Of a stretch of DNA of 64,000 nt, positions 18,804-29,172 are shown piece by piece. The DNA is from Clostridia bacterium (lineage in GTDB: Bacteria; Bacillota; Clostridia; Christensenellales; UBA1242). Location: assembly GCA_045534265.1 (NCBI GenBank), contig JAZSJH010000006.1:94741-158740 (forward strand), read 5' to 3'. The first letter of the stretch is position 1, and the number at the start of each line of letters is the position of its first letter. The notes beneath the pieces were generated by a model. That model made no database searches, was not told the origin of the DNA, and was given only the letters and a program-made list of their open reading frames with translations. The position numbers and the translations under genes were made by a program.

Positions 18804-18875
18804 ATTAAAATGTATGTCTTTTGCAAGATTTATAGACTGATGTTTTTTTGTGTGTACTAAATATATTTTTTGGAA

Positions 18876-18909
18876 TAAAAAAAGAGCGATAGTGTTGTCG
18901 CTCTTTTTG
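18876..18909 (-). terminator. Intrinsic terminator after comEB (minus strand)
   Basis: Stem AGAGCGA/TCGCTCT, 8-nt loop, U-run on the minus strand. Confidence 0.75.
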
Positions 18910-19401
18910 TTATTTTTCTACACGGTAGTCTATGGTCAAAACATCTTGGTTTGGAGTGAACTTTGTAGTCTTTATGCCGGCTAGGTTAAACATTCTTTTT
19001 GAAGCAAGTGTTTCTTTGCTAGTTGCATATTTATCGCTTAGATAAAATACTTCTTTGATTCCTGATTGGATAATTGCTTTGCAACATTCGTTACAAGGAA
19101 ATAGTGTAACAAATAACTTGCAGCCTTTTAGGTTTCTAAAACTGTTAAGTATTGCATTTTGTTCTGCATGAACAACATATGGGTATTTTGTATCTCCCCA
19201 TTCGCCTTCACGTTCCCAAGGTAGGTCGTCATCACTACAGCCCCTAGGGAAGCCATTGTATCCTACAGATACTATGATATTATCTTCGGTTGCTATACAG
19301 CAGCCAACTTGTGAATTTGGGTCTTTGCTTCTTTTTGCAGCAAGTAGGGCAACCCCCATAAAATAATCGTTCCAGCTGATATAATTTTCTCTTTTTGGCA
19401 T
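18910..19401 (-). CDS. comEB: dCMP deaminase (ComEB-type cytidine/deoxycytidylate deaminase)
   Basis: Zinc-binding motifs HAEQNAI and PCNECCKAI. Confidence 0.9.
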   Translation of the reverse strand: MPKRENYISWNDYFMGVALLAAKRSKDPNSQVGCCIATEDNIIVSVGYNGFPRGCSDDDLPWEREGEWGDTKYPYVVHAEQNAILNSFRNLKGCKLFVTLFPCNECCKAIIQSGIKEVFYLSDKYATSKETLASKRMFNLAGIKTTKFTPNQDVLTIDYRVEK

Positions 19402-19419
19402 TTTATTTTTCTCCTGTTT

Positions 19420-20646
19420 TTATTTATTAATGATTAGTGTTGGTTGGTATAGATAAGGCAAAGAAATAGGACTTGAAGATATTTGTCCGTATATAGCATC
19501 TGCCTTATCTTCTATTTCGACAAATTTTTGGGCAGTAGCATTTAGCTTTGGTATGTCTCCGTTTCTTATAATAAGTGGAGTAGTTGATTGTAAGTTACTC
19601 ATAATCTTATTTTTCTTAACGGCAAGGACTTTTATAAAGGTGAGTTGATTTGTATATACCTTTTGCGTTAAATCCTTGGTTATACCAAGCATAGATGCAA
19701 GGCAAACTCTGTTGAGTTTTGCACTGCTATATCTTTTTGTTTGGCACAAAGATTCGAAGTCGCTGTATGTCAAACTTTCTCTTGCGATAGAGTATAGTCT
19801 GTTCTCTAAGCCTTCTGTCACATCAAAAATGTTTTTTAAGTTGTTAAGATTTGCGGTTTTTAGAGTGAACAATTTTAATTGCTTGTACAATTCATAATTA
19901 ACATTTTGTTTTTCGTAGTAGCCTTTGAAAGTTTCAAAGCACTCTTTAGGAATAAAATGTTCGCAATCTTTAAGTCCACCTTTTTTGTTTAGTAGTTCTC
20001 TAATTGCAGTAGCTGAAGCATATTTTGTTAATTTTTTGCTATTATAGTCTTCGCCTTCACGTTTTATTGTTAGCGGGATTAGATTGCTTTTGGTTTGTTT
20101 TAAGGCTTTTATGTATTCAATAGCTAAGATATTATTTGGTTTGTTTATCACATCAGCAAAGTCGTTTGGGATAACGTTTTGAGCTGCTAAATCTTCTATT
20201 GCCTTAAGTCTTGCGTTAGGGAAACTTAAGCCGCTATCCAAATATTTTTTTAGAAGGGTTTTGTATTCTTTTGGCTCTTTGACAAAGAAGTTTGCAACAT
20301 CATTTAGCTTTTCTATATCTCCACATTCACTGCCAAAGATAATGTGTGTTGCGTTATTTAGAGCGTTTGCAATGTTAATTCCGCCCCTTGCAAAAACTTC
20401 TGCCGAAGAGCTGGCAAAAGGTGTTGGAAGTTGTAATACAATATCTGCACCTGCAAGTAGGGCAAGGTGAGCTCTATTATATTTGTTTAGTATACAAGGC
20501 TCTCCGCGTTGAGTAAAATTTCCGCTCATTATGCACGCAACAAAATCACAACCGCTTAAATCTCTTGCTTTGTTAATAAGCAATTTGTGACCGTTGTGTA
20601 AAGGGTTATATTCGCAAATAATTACACATATTTTGTTTGTTTTCAT
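19420..20646 (-). CDS. tmcAL: tRNA(Met) cytidine acetate ligase (YlbM/UPF0348 nucleotidyltransferase)
   Basis: N-terminal EYNPLHNGH nucleotidyltransferase motif, MSGNFTQRGEP, about 400 aa. Collinear with B. subtilis YlbM. Confidence 0.85.
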   Translation of the reverse strand: MKTNKICVIICEYNPLHNGHKLLINKARDLSGCDFVACIMSGNFTQRGEPCILNKYNRAHLALLAGADIVLQLPTPFASSSAEVFARGGINIANALNNATHIIFGSECGDIEKLNDVANFFVKEPKEYKTLLKKYLDSGLSFPNARLKAIEDLAAQNVIPNDFADVINKPNNILAIEYIKALKQTKSNLIPLTIKREGEDYNSKKLTKYASATAIRELLNKKGGLKDCEHFIPKECFETFKGYYEKQNVNYELYKQLKLFTLKTANLNNLKNIFDVTEGLENRLYSIARESLTYSDFESLCQTKRYSSAKLNRVCLASMLGITKDLTQKVYTNQLTFIKVLAVKKNKIMSNLQSTTPLIIRNGDIPKLNATAQKFVEIEDKADAIYGQISSSPISLPYLYQPTLIINK

Positions 20647-20735
20647 ACTTTTTTAATTTACTTTTTGCTCAAATTGATATATATTAAGTATATACTAAAA
20701 AAAAACAAATAACAAACAAATTAGGGGTGCAAATA

Positions 20736-21731
20736 ATGAAAGTAAAACAATTGCTACAAAAAGCAAGTAAACTTGAAAAGTCTATTGTATTTCCTGAAGC
20801 TGAAATAAGCGACAGAATACTAAAGGCTGTTGAAATTATTTTGAAAAAGAAGGTTGCAAAACCAATTCTTTTGGGTGATGAAGAGAAAATTTTAGCAAAA
20901 GGTTATAAATTAACTGGTGCTACAATTATCAATCCTAAAAAGAGTGAACTTCTAGATGAATTTGCAGAAAAACTATACGAACTAAGAAAAGCAAAAGGCA
21001 TGACTGAAGCAGATGCAAAAAAGACTGTTCAAAATCCATTTTACTTTGCGGCTATGATGGTTTACTGTGGATATGCAGATAGCACACTAGGGGGCGCTGA
21101 AACTTCAACTGCAGATTCTCTAAGACCAGGTCTTCAAGTAATCAAAGCTAAAAAAGGTATTAACACAATTTCTTCTTGTACAATGTTTGTTGGAACTGAC
21201 AAACTTAAATTTGGCGAAAACAATGTTATATTCTTTGCTGATACTAGCCTTAACATCACTTTGGACGAAAATCAACTATCAGATGTAGCAGTATCTACTG
21301 TAGAAACTGCAAAACTTCTAGCTGACATTGAGCCAAGAGTAGCTATGCTATCATTCTCAACAATGGGCAGTGGCGGAAATAGTGAAGAATTGCAAAAAAT
21401 TAGAAATGCAGTAAAACTTACTCAAAAAAGACTAAAAGGCATTGCAGAAGTAGATGGCGAAATGCAACTTGATGCAGCCCTTATCGAATCTGTTGGTAAG
21501 CTAAAAGCTCCTAAGAGCAAAGTTGCAGGAAGAGCAAATATTTTAGTATTCCCAGACCTTACTAGTGCAAATATCGGTTATAAGATTGCAGAAAGATTTG
21601 GTAGACTTCAAGCTGTTGGTCAAATTCAACAAGGTTTTAGATTCCCTGTTAATGACCTATCAAGAGGTTGTCACGTAGAAGATATCGTTGTTATGACAGC
21701 TGTAACTGTTATTCAAACACAAACAATTTAA
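20736..21731 (+). CDS. pta: Phosphate acetyltransferase
   Basis: PTA_PTB domain pattern (IVFPEAE..., GGAETSTADSLRP, ANILVFPDL..ANIGYK). Followed directly by ackA. Confidence 0.95.
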   Translation: MKVKQLLQKASKLEKSIVFPEAEISDRILKAVEIILKKKVAKPILLGDEEKILAKGYKLTGATIINPKKSELLDEFAEKLYELRKAKGMTEADAKKTVQNPFYFAAMMVYCGYADSTLGGAETSTADSLRPGLQVIKAKKGINTISSCTMFVGTDKLKFGENNVIFFADTSLNITLDENQLSDVAVSTVETAKLLADIEPRVAMLSFSTMGSGGNSEELQKIRNAVKLTQKRLKGIAEVDGEMQLDAALIESVGKLKAPKSKVAGRANILVFPDLTSANIGYKIAERFGRLQAVGQIQQGFRFPVNDLSRGCHVEDIVVMTAVTVIQTQTI

Positions 21732-21741
21732 GGAGATAAAA

Positions 21742-22944
21742 ATGAAAATATTAGTTATAAACGCAGGTAGTAGTTCTATAAAATATCAACTTATTGATAT
21801 GGAAAACGAAAATGTAATCGCAAAAGGTCTTGTTGAAAAAATCGGTCTAAAAGATTCTAGACTTGTTCACAAGGCAAACGGAACTGCAACTACAATCAAT
21901 CAAGTTCTTCCAAACCATAAAGAAGGTTTGAAACTTGTTCTTGAAACATTGCAAGACGAAAAAATTGGCGTAATCAAAAGTTTTGATGAGATTACTGCCA
22001 TTGGTCATAGAGTACTTCATGGTGGTACAAAATTTGATGATGCAACACTTATCACTGATAGTGTTATGGAAGCTTTGGATGAACTAGTTCCACTAGGACC
22101 ACTTCATATGCCACCAAACATTGCTGGTATTAAAGCTTGTCAAGAAGTTATGCCAAACACTCCAAACGTAGCGCTTTTTGATACAGCATTCCATGCTACT
22201 ATGCCAGAATATGTTTATAGATACGCACTTCCTTATGAGTGGTGTGAAGAATATGGCGTAAGAAGATATGGCTTCCACGGTATGAGCCACCAATTCATCA
22301 CTGGTGAAGCTGCTCGTGTTATGGGCAAAAAACCAGAAGAATTAAAGCTTATTATTTGTCACGTAGGTAATGGCGCAAGTGTATCTGCTGTAAAAAATGG
22401 TAAATGTTTTGATACAAGTATGGGATTAACTCCACTTGAAGGCCTAATTATGGGTACTCGTAGTGGTGACTTTGACCCAGCTGTTGCAGAACATATTATG
22501 AACAAAACAGGTATGTCTATTGCTGAATTTACAAACACTGTAAACAAAAAGAGTGGTCTACTTGGTATAACAGGCATTTCTTCAGACAACAGAGATGTTA
22601 ATGCAGCCGCAAGCGAAGGAAATGCAAGAGCAAGACTAGCACTTGATATGTGCTACTATAGATTGAAAAAATACATTGGTTCTTATTCTGCAGCGCTTAA
22701 TGGTCCAGATGCTATTATCTTCACAGCGGGCATTGGTGAAAATAGCTTTGAGCTTAGAGAAGGCGTAATGAAAGATATGGAATATCTTGGTGTTGATTTT
22801 GACTTTGAAGCAAACAGAAACTTCAAAAGAGGCGAAGTAAACTTACTTACTAAACCAAATTCTAAGGTAAAAGTATACATTATTCCTACAGACGAAGAAC
22901 TTTTGATCGCAAGAGAAACAAAAAAAGTAATTTCAAACAAATAA
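21742..22944 (+). CDS. ackA: Acetate kinase
   Basis: MKILVINAGSSSIKYQL, RYGFHGMSH, IFTAGIGEN motifs. Confidence 0.97.
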   Translation: MKILVINAGSSSIKYQLIDMENENVIAKGLVEKIGLKDSRLVHKANGTATTINQVLPNHKEGLKLVLETLQDEKIGVIKSFDEITAIGHRVLHGGTKFDDATLITDSVMEALDELVPLGPLHMPPNIAGIKACQEVMPNTPNVALFDTAFHATMPEYVYRYALPYEWCEEYGVRRYGFHGMSHQFITGEAARVMGKKPEELKLIICHVGNGASVSAVKNGKCFDTSMGLTPLEGLIMGTRSGDFDPAVAEHIMNKTGMSIAEFTNTVNKKSGLLGITGISSDNRDVNAAASEGNARARLALDMCYYRLKKYIGSYSAALNGPDAIIFTAGIGENSFELREGVMKDMEYLGVDFDFEANRNFKRGEVNLLTKPNSKVKVYIIPTDEELLIARETKKVISNK

Positions 22945-22947
22945 TAG

Positions 22948-22976
22948 TTGACAAATTATGTTAGTTTGAGTATAAT
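22948..22976 (+). promoter_or_regulatory. Consensus sigma-A promoter for yceD-rpmF
   Basis: TTGACA, 17 nt, TATAAT. Confidence 0.7.
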
Positions 22977-22991
22977 AGGTCGTGGTTTTAT

Positions 22992-23504
22992 ATGTTATTA
23001 GATTTTCAAATTGCTAAAAACTCACAAGGCAAAGAGTTCGATTTTGCTATCGACGTGCCTATGGAAGACAATTTAATAGAAGAAAAAGGTTATTCTTTTA
23101 CTTCACCTTGCAAACTTGTGGGCACAATGCTTTATGAGTTTGAGGCTTTGCACATAAAAGCAAATGCTGAGGTTTCAATCAAGGCTTTTTGTGACTTGTG
23201 TGGAGAAGAGCTTTCTAAGAATTTTGAATTTCCGATAGAAGAAGTTTTTGCTAAAAGCAATAGTGATGATAGTAACTATTATGAAATAGGTTCTACTACG
23301 GTAGATGTTACACCAATGGTTATTGACAACTTTTTTGAAAACTTACCTTCAAAAATTGTCTGCAAAGATGATTGCAAAGGTTTGTGTGATAGGTGTGGCA
23401 AGAACCTAAATTATCATTCTTGTAATTGTCAGGAGATAAAACAAGAACAAGATAATCAAGACAATCCATTTTATAAATTGAAATATAAGCAGGAGGATAG
23501 ATAA
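22992..23504 (+). CDS. yceD: YceD/DUF177 family protein (large-subunit ribosomal accumulation protein)
   Basis: C-terminal CxxxCxGLCxxCGxNLN...CxC motif. Conserved position immediately upstream of rpmF. Confidence 0.85.
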   Translation: MLLDFQIAKNSQGKEFDFAIDVPMEDNLIEEKGYSFTSPCKLVGTMLYEFEALHIKANAEVSIKAFCDLCGEELSKNFEFPIEEVFAKSNSDDSNYYEIGSTTVDVTPMVIDNFFENLPSKIVCKDDCKGLCDRCGKNLNYHSCNCQEIKQEQDNQDNPFYKLKYKQEDR

Positions 23505-23506
23505 AA

Positions 23507-23701
23507 ATGGCAGTTCCAAAGGTTAAAGTATCAAAAGCAAGAAAAAATAGCCGTAAAGCTAACTGGAAGGCTGGTGTTCCTACTCTTGTTGAGTGTCCAC
23601 ATTGCAAAGAGCTTAAACAACCTCACGTAGTTTGCAAAGCTTGTGGTTACTATGACGGAAAAGAAAGAGTAGCTCAAAAAGAAGAAAAAGAAAGCAAATA
23701 A
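23507..23701 (+). CDS. rpmF: 50S ribosomal protein L32
   Basis: MAVPK...SKARKN..R start and a CxxC...CxxC zinc knuckle. Confidence 0.95.
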   Translation: MAVPKVKVSKARKNSRKANWKAGVPTLVECPHCKELKQPHVVCKACGYYDGKERVAQKEEKESK

Positions 23702-23726
23702 TTAAAATAAATTATAGCATTTTTTT

Positions 23727-23752
23727 GGCAGGCATTTTTTGCCTGCTTTTTT
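23727..23752 (+). terminator. Intrinsic terminator after rpmF
   Basis: Stem GGCAGGC/GCCTGCT with a T-rich loop, then T6. Confidence 0.8.
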
Positions 23753-23838
23753 GTTGTTTTGATATATTTTTATGTCAAAAAATTGTTTGCTAAATATAAT
23801 ATATTTATGTATAATATAATTTGTAATGTGAGGATTAT

Positions 23839-24846
23839 ATGAAAATAGTAATTGATGCTTTTGGTGGCGATAATGCCCCATTGGAAATAGTAAAGGGCGC
23901 GGTGAGAGCCGTAACTCAATATGATGTAGAAATTGTTTTGACAGGAAAGGAAGACACTATAAAAAAGGTCTTGCAAGAGCTTAATTATACTGGCGATAAA
24001 ATCACTATTGTAAATGCAAATGATGTTATTACAAATGATGATGTTCCAACCGAAGCTATTAAGCAAAAAACAGATTCTTCACTTGTCAAAGCTTTTGAAA
24101 TTCTAAAAAGCCCTGATGTTGCAGGTCTTATTTCTGCAGGCTCTACTGGCGCTATACTTACTGGCTCATTTTTGAAAGTAGGTAGGATAAGAGGTATTTC
24201 AAGACCATGTCTTTCTCCTATTTTGCCAACAAAAAATGGCGGACAAGTAATGCTTGTTGATGCTGGGGCTAATGTCGACTGCAAACCTATCAACCTATGC
24301 CACTTTGCACTTCTTGCAACTACTTATATGAAATCTGTCGTTGGTATAGAAAACCCAAGAGTAGCTCTTCTTAATATTGGTACTGAAGATAAAAAAGGTA
24401 ATGAATTTACAAAAGAGTGTTTTGGACTTTTGAAAGAAATGCCAGGTATTAATTTTGTAGGCAATATGGAAGCAAGAGACTTTTTGTCTGGAGAGTATGA
24501 TATCGTGCTTGCTGATGGTTTCCATGGAAATATTCTTCTTAAGTCTACAGAAGGTGCTGTTATGTTTGCTCTAAGCCAAGTTAAGAAAGAAATCAAATCT
24601 TCTTTACTTGCTAAAATTGGCGCTTTGTTTATGAAAGGTGCTTTCAAAAATATTAAGGCAAAACTAAATACTTCTAACTATGGCGGTTCACCTTTCCTAG
24701 GGGTTAGAAAACTTGTGGTAAAATCTCACGGCTCTAGTGATAGTCTTGCTATACTTAGATGTGTAGAACAAGTTATAAAAATGCACGAGTCAGAATTTAT
24801 CAAAACTATCGAGCAAAATATCCCTACTATTAACATAGAAGGTTAG
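23839..24846 (+). CDS. plsX: Phosphate acyltransferase PlsX
   Basis: MKIVIDAFGGDNAP, SAGSTGA, GFHGNILLK motifs. Confidence 0.95.
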   Translation: MKIVIDAFGGDNAPLEIVKGAVRAVTQYDVEIVLTGKEDTIKKVLQELNYTGDKITIVNANDVITNDDVPTEAIKQKTDSSLVKAFEILKSPDVAGLISAGSTGAILTGSFLKVGRIRGISRPCLSPILPTKNGGQVMLVDAGANVDCKPINLCHFALLATTYMKSVVGIENPRVALLNIGTEDKKGNEFTKECFGLLKEMPGINFVGNMEARDFLSGEYDIVLADGFHGNILLKSTEGAVMFALSQVKKEIKSSLLAKIGALFMKGAFKNIKAKLNTSNYGGSPFLGVRKLVVKSHGSSDSLAILRCVEQVIKMHESEFIKTIEQNIPTINIEG

Positions 24847-24850
24847 TTTT

Positions 24851-25501
24851 ATGGAAAAAGTACAGGAACTTCTGGGGTATACTTTTGAAGATAAAACACT
24901 ACTAGATAAAGCTTTGACTCACTCAACCTATGGTAATGAATATAACGTTGAGAGTAGTGAGAGATTAGAGTTTTTGGGAGATAGTGTCTTAGAGCTTATT
25001 GTAAGGGAACAAATTTATCTTTTGTACAAAGAAGATGAAGGAAAGCTTACCGAGTGGAAAAAACAAATTGTAGATAAACATTCTTTGAGTGCAATAGTTG
25101 AAAGCCTTGGGCTTTTGGAATACCTAAAAATAGGTGGAAGCTTAAAAAAGCAACCACTATCAACAAAGTTAAAATCAGATATTTTTGAAAGTGTTCTGGG
25201 AGCTATTTACCTTGATGGTGGGTTAAATTGCGCCAAAGAATTTGTATTAAGAAATATTGATTTTAGACAAAGAATAGATTTTCTTACAAAAAACAATTTA
25301 GATTATAAAACAACCTTGCAAGAGCTTGTACAAAAAGAGCATAGTCAACCGGTTTATATTGACGTAGATAAGGTAGACAATCTTTTTGTAAGAGCTGTTG
25401 TAATAGACGAAAAACAAGTAGCAACAGGCAGTGGCGTGACAAAACACGAAGCTGATATGTTGGCTGCAAAAAACGCAATAAATATACTAAAAAGGAATTA
25501 A
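24851..25501 (+). CDS. rnc: Ribonuclease III
   Basis: Signature ERLEFLGDSVLE. C-terminal dsRBD (DYKTTLQELVQ...). Confidence 0.95.
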   Translation: MEKVQELLGYTFEDKTLLDKALTHSTYGNEYNVESSERLEFLGDSVLELIVREQIYLLYKEDEGKLTEWKKQIVDKHSLSAIVESLGLLEYLKIGGSLKKQPLSTKLKSDIFESVLGAIYLDGGLNCAKEFVLRNIDFRQRIDFLTKNNLDYKTTLQELVQKEHSQPVYIDVDKVDNLFVRAVVIDEKQVATGSGVTKHEADMLAAKNAINILKRN

Positions 25502-25503
25502 CA

Positions 25504-28500
25504 ATGAATTTCAAACAAATTGAACTTGCTGGATTTAAGTCTTTTGCTGACAAAACTGTTATAAAATTCGACTCTGGTATTACAGCGATTGTTGGACCTA
25601 ACGGCTGTGGCAAAAGTAACGTTGCAGACTCTATAAGATGGGTTTTGGGTGAACAAAGTTCTAAAAACCTTCGTGGTAGTTCTATGCAGGACGTTATTTT
25701 TAACGGTACAGAAAAAAGAAAAAGTTTGAGCTACTGTGAAGTATCACTTGTTTTTGATAACACTAACAGAAACTTTAACTTAGACTTTGATGAAATTGTA
25801 ATTACTCGTAAACTATATCGTTCTGGCGAAAGCGAATATTTGATTAACAGAACGCCTTGTAGACTAAAAGATATCACAAATGCACTTCACGATTCTGGTG
25901 TTGGTAGAGAAGGCTATTCTATTATTGGACAAGGTAAAGTAGAAGAAATTATTAGTTCAAAACCAGAAAACCGTAGAGCCATCTTTGAAGAAGCTGCTGG
26001 TATTGCAAAATTCAAGGCAAGAAAGGTAGAAAACGAAAGAAAACTAGAAAGAACACAAGAAAACCTAAATAGTGTTCAAATTATTCTAGATGAGCTAGAA
26101 AGACAAGTAGGACCACTTCAAAGACAAGCTGAAGCTGCTAAAAAGTTCTTAGAATTTAGAGACGAACTTAAAAAGTACGAAGTAAACAACTATATTTATC
26201 AATACGAATCTGCTGCTAGTACAAAGGCAAAAATTCAAGAAAGAATTGACGCCCTAAACGAAGAAATTGCACTAAAGCAAGAAGGTATTAATAACGCAAC
26301 TAACAAATACAACGAAAGTATGGACGAAGTAAACAAAATAGACAAAACTATGAACGAACTTCACGATCGTATTTTGCACCTTACAGTTTCTCTTGAAAAA
26401 AGAGCAGGTGAGGCTAATGTTGTAAGAGAAAGAATTAAGTTTTTGAAAGAGGAGTTTGAGCAAAAGAAAGCTGAGCTTGAAAGACAAAGAACAAGCAAAG
26501 ATATGATGTCTGCTCAATTAAAAGCAAATCAAGATAAAAAAGTAAATCAACAAACATATCTTGAAACTTTGAAAAAACATGCAAGTGATATTTCTGATAA
26601 ATACTTAGCTATTGTTGATGAACTTACTCAAAGCGAACAAGAAGCGAACTTAAAGCAAAGACAAATGATTGATGCTTTGTCAAAACTAACTGACATTAAG
26701 TCAAACTTGTCTGCACTTAAAGCTGAAAAAGTAGCATACACAGCAAACCTTGAAGAACTTGATAAAAAGATTGAAAACCTAGCTTCAAAGATAGCTGAAA
26801 GACAAAAAGAGCAACTTGAGATTTCTCAAGCAGCGACAGATGCCTATGATGCGTATATTAAAGCAAAACAATCTGTAGAAACTATCTCAAGTTCTTTACA
26901 AGAATTAAAAGCTCAAAATGACGAAAATAACGAAGCAATAATCAATTCTTCTTCTAATATCCAAATTATGGAAAATAGAAAGAAAGTTTTGGAAGATATG
27001 CAAAGAGACTTTGATGGATTTAACTATTCAGTAAAAAGACTTATGCAAGATAGCGAACACAACAAAGAGCTAAAGAGCAAAATTGTTGGTGTTGTTGCTG
27101 CATCTATGACAATTCCACAAGGTTTTGAAACTGCTATCGAAGTAGCTCTTGGCAATGCCGTTCAAAATATCATTACAAGTGATGAAGATGATGGCAAAGC
27201 GCTTATCAATTATCTAAAACAAAATAACTTAGGTAGAGCAACTTTCCTTCCTATATCTTCTATGAAGCCAAAAACTCTTGATGGAAGAGAAGAAAAGTTC
27301 TTGAATAGAAACCATTGTCATGGTGTTGCTAGTGATATTGTAAAATATGACAAAAAATTAAAGAATGTTTTTGAGTCACTACTTGGCAGAACTGTAATCG
27401 TAGATACTATTGATGATGCTGCATCACTTGCAAAAGCAAGCAATTTTGCATTCAAAATAGTAACATTAGACGGTGATGTTATCAACCCACAAGGTTCTAT
27501 GTCTGGTGGTAGCAAAAAAGCAATCACTTCTAATATCTTGATGCGTGATGCAGAGATTGAAGAACTTTCTAAACAAATAGAAAAAATGAGAAAGTCTTTA
27601 GAGGTTAGAAAAGCCGACAAAGAAGTGTTTGATAAGAAAATTGCAGCACTTTCTCTAGAGCTTGAAAAAGCAAACGCTCAAGCTGTGTCAACTCAAGTTA
27701 ATAACGCTCAAAAGAGTCAACTTCTTGAACAATTCAATATCTTTATTGAAGAACACGACAAAGAAAGAATGGCTTTATCTCAAGAAAGACTAACTATTTC
27801 TGAGAGAATCGAGCTTATTTCAAAAGCGATTTCTCAAGTAGATGGCAAAGAAGAAATGGAAGTTTCTAAGTCTGATGCAGAAGAAAATATCGAAGCTAGA
27901 CAAAAGATTTATAATGATCTTAAAGCTCAAAAAGACAAATATCATGAAGATATGACAGCAATTAAGGTTAACATTGCTAGTATTGAAAGTGAAATTATGG
28001 CTTTAGATGGCGAAATCGAAAGACTTACAAATTCTATTACTGTAACAGATAGAAATATTGTTGACCTTCAAGATGTTATTGGTCAACTTGATGGTGCTAT
28101 TTCTGGAGCAACACTTTCTGTTGATGAAGGAAAAGACAAAGTTACTATCGAAAAATCAGTAAAAGAACTTGACGAAGTAAAAGCAAAACTAGCATCTCTT
28201 GATGGTCACAAAGCAAATCTTCAACAACAAATCAAAAAGTATGATGACGAAAGATCAGTACTTACTGGTGAACAAAATAGAGCTTTAGACAAGAGATATC
28301 AAGAAGAAGCTTCACTTACAAAAGTTGATACTGATATCGAAGCTATGCAAGAGAGGATTTTTGAAGATTACGAGCTAACATATGAAACTTGTCTTCCACT
28401 AAAACAAGAAGATTATGATATCAAAGAAGGTCTTACTCAAACAGCTATTTTGAAGAAAGAAATTTCAAAATTAGGTCACGTTAATGTTAACGCTATCGAA

Positions 28501-29085
28501 GAGAGTAAGCTTGTTTGTGAAAGATATGAACATTACAGAACTCAAGTTGATGACCTTGTAAAGGCAAAAGAAGACCTTATCCAAGTAATCAAAGAGTTAT
28601 CTACCGAAATGATTACTAGATTTGAAACTGAGTTTAACAAAATCCAAGAAAACTTTAGTAAGATATTCAAAGAACTATTCGGTGGCGGAAATGCAAGACT
28701 TGAACTTACCGAAAGCGAAGACCCACTAGCTGCGGGTGTAGAAATTGTAGCTGAACCACCTGGCAAAAAACTTCAAAGCATCACACTTCTATCTGGTGGT
28801 GAAAAAGCACTTACTGCTATAGCTATTCTATTTGCGATACTAAAGCTTCGTCCAATGCCTTTCTGTCTTCTTGACGAAATAGAAGCAGCGCTTGATGATG
28901 CTAACGTAGATAGATTTGCAAGATACCTAAAGAGATTCTCTCAAGAAACTCAATTTATAGTTATCACTCACAGAAAACCAACTATGAAACTTGCTGATAG
29001 ACTATATGGTATCACTATGGAAGAAAAAGGTGTTTCTAAACAAGTTTCTGTTAACCTTAGCGAAGCTGTTAAGAACGCAAAATAA
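25504..29085 (+). CDS. smc: Chromosome partition protein SMC
   Basis: N-terminal Walker A GPNGCGKSN, long coiled coils with a hinge (GRATFLP), C-terminal LSGGEK signature and Walker B LLDEIEAALD. 1193 aa. Confidence 0.97.
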   Translation: MNFKQIELAGFKSFADKTVIKFDSGITAIVGPNGCGKSNVADSIRWVLGEQSSKNLRGSSMQDVIFNGTEKRKSLSYCEVSLVFDNTNRNFNLDFDEIVITRKLYRSGESEYLINRTPCRLKDITNALHDSGVGREGYSIIGQGKVEEIISSKPENRRAIFEEAAGIAKFKARKVENERKLERTQENLNSVQIILDELERQVGPLQRQAEAAKKFLEFRDELKKYEVNNYIYQYESAASTKAKIQERIDALNEEIALKQEGINNATNKYNESMDEVNKIDKTMNELHDRILHLTVSLEKRAGEANVVRERIKFLKEEFEQKKAELERQRTSKDMMSAQLKANQDKKVNQQTYLETLKKHASDISDKYLAIVDELTQSEQEANLKQRQMIDALSKLTDIKSNLSALKAEKVAYTANLEELDKKIENLASKIAERQKEQLEISQAATDAYDAYIKAKQSVETISSSLQELKAQNDENNEAIINSSSNIQIMENRKKVLEDMQRDFDGFNYSVKRLMQDSEHNKELKSKIVGVVAASMTIPQGFETAIEVALGNAVQNIITSDEDDGKALINYLKQNNLGRATFLPISSMKPKTLDGREEKFLNRNHCHGVASDIVKYDKKLKNVFESLLGRTVIVDTIDDAASLAKASNFAFKIVTLDGDVINPQGSMSGGSKKAITSNILMRDAEIEELSKQIEKMRKSLEVRKADKEVFDKKIAALSLELEKANAQAVSTQVNNAQKSQLLEQFNIFIEEHDKERMALSQERLTISERIELISKAISQVDGKEEMEVSKSDAEENIEARQKIYNDLKAQKDKYHEDMTAIKVNIASIESEIMALDGEIERLTNSITVTDRNIVDLQDVIGQLDGAISGATLSVDEGKDKVTIEKSVKELDEVKAKLASLDGHKANLQQQIKKYDDERSVLTGEQNRALDKRYQEEASLTKVDTDIEAMQERIFEDYELTYETCLPLKQEDYDIKEGLTQTAILKKEISKLGHVNVNAIEESKLVCERYEHYRTQVDDLVKAKEDLIQVIKELSTEMITRFETEFNKIQENFSKIFKELFGGGNARLELTESEDPLAAGVEIVAEPPGKKLQSITLLSGGEKALTAIAILFAILKLRPMPFCLLDEIEAALDDANVDRFARYLKRFSQETQFIVITHRKPTMKLADRLYGITMEEKGVSKQVSVNLSEAVKNAK

Positions 29086-29096
29086 AATTAAAAGAG

Positions 29097-29133
29097 CAAA
29101 ACAGTATTTTACTAAATATTGTTTTGTTTTTTT
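29097..29133 (+). terminator. Intrinsic terminator after smc
   Basis: 13-bp AT-rich stem (one G-U pair), 4-nt loop, T7. Confidence 0.7.
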
Positions 29134-29172
29134 ATATTTTGTATTATAATAAATATGTTATAAAGGTGAATT

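Noticed and set aside
23770-24066. 98-aa minus-strand ORF overlapping the plsX start and its promoter
   Set aside because: AT-rich, Ile/Asn/Phe/Tyr-dominated translation, antisense to plsX. Spurious.
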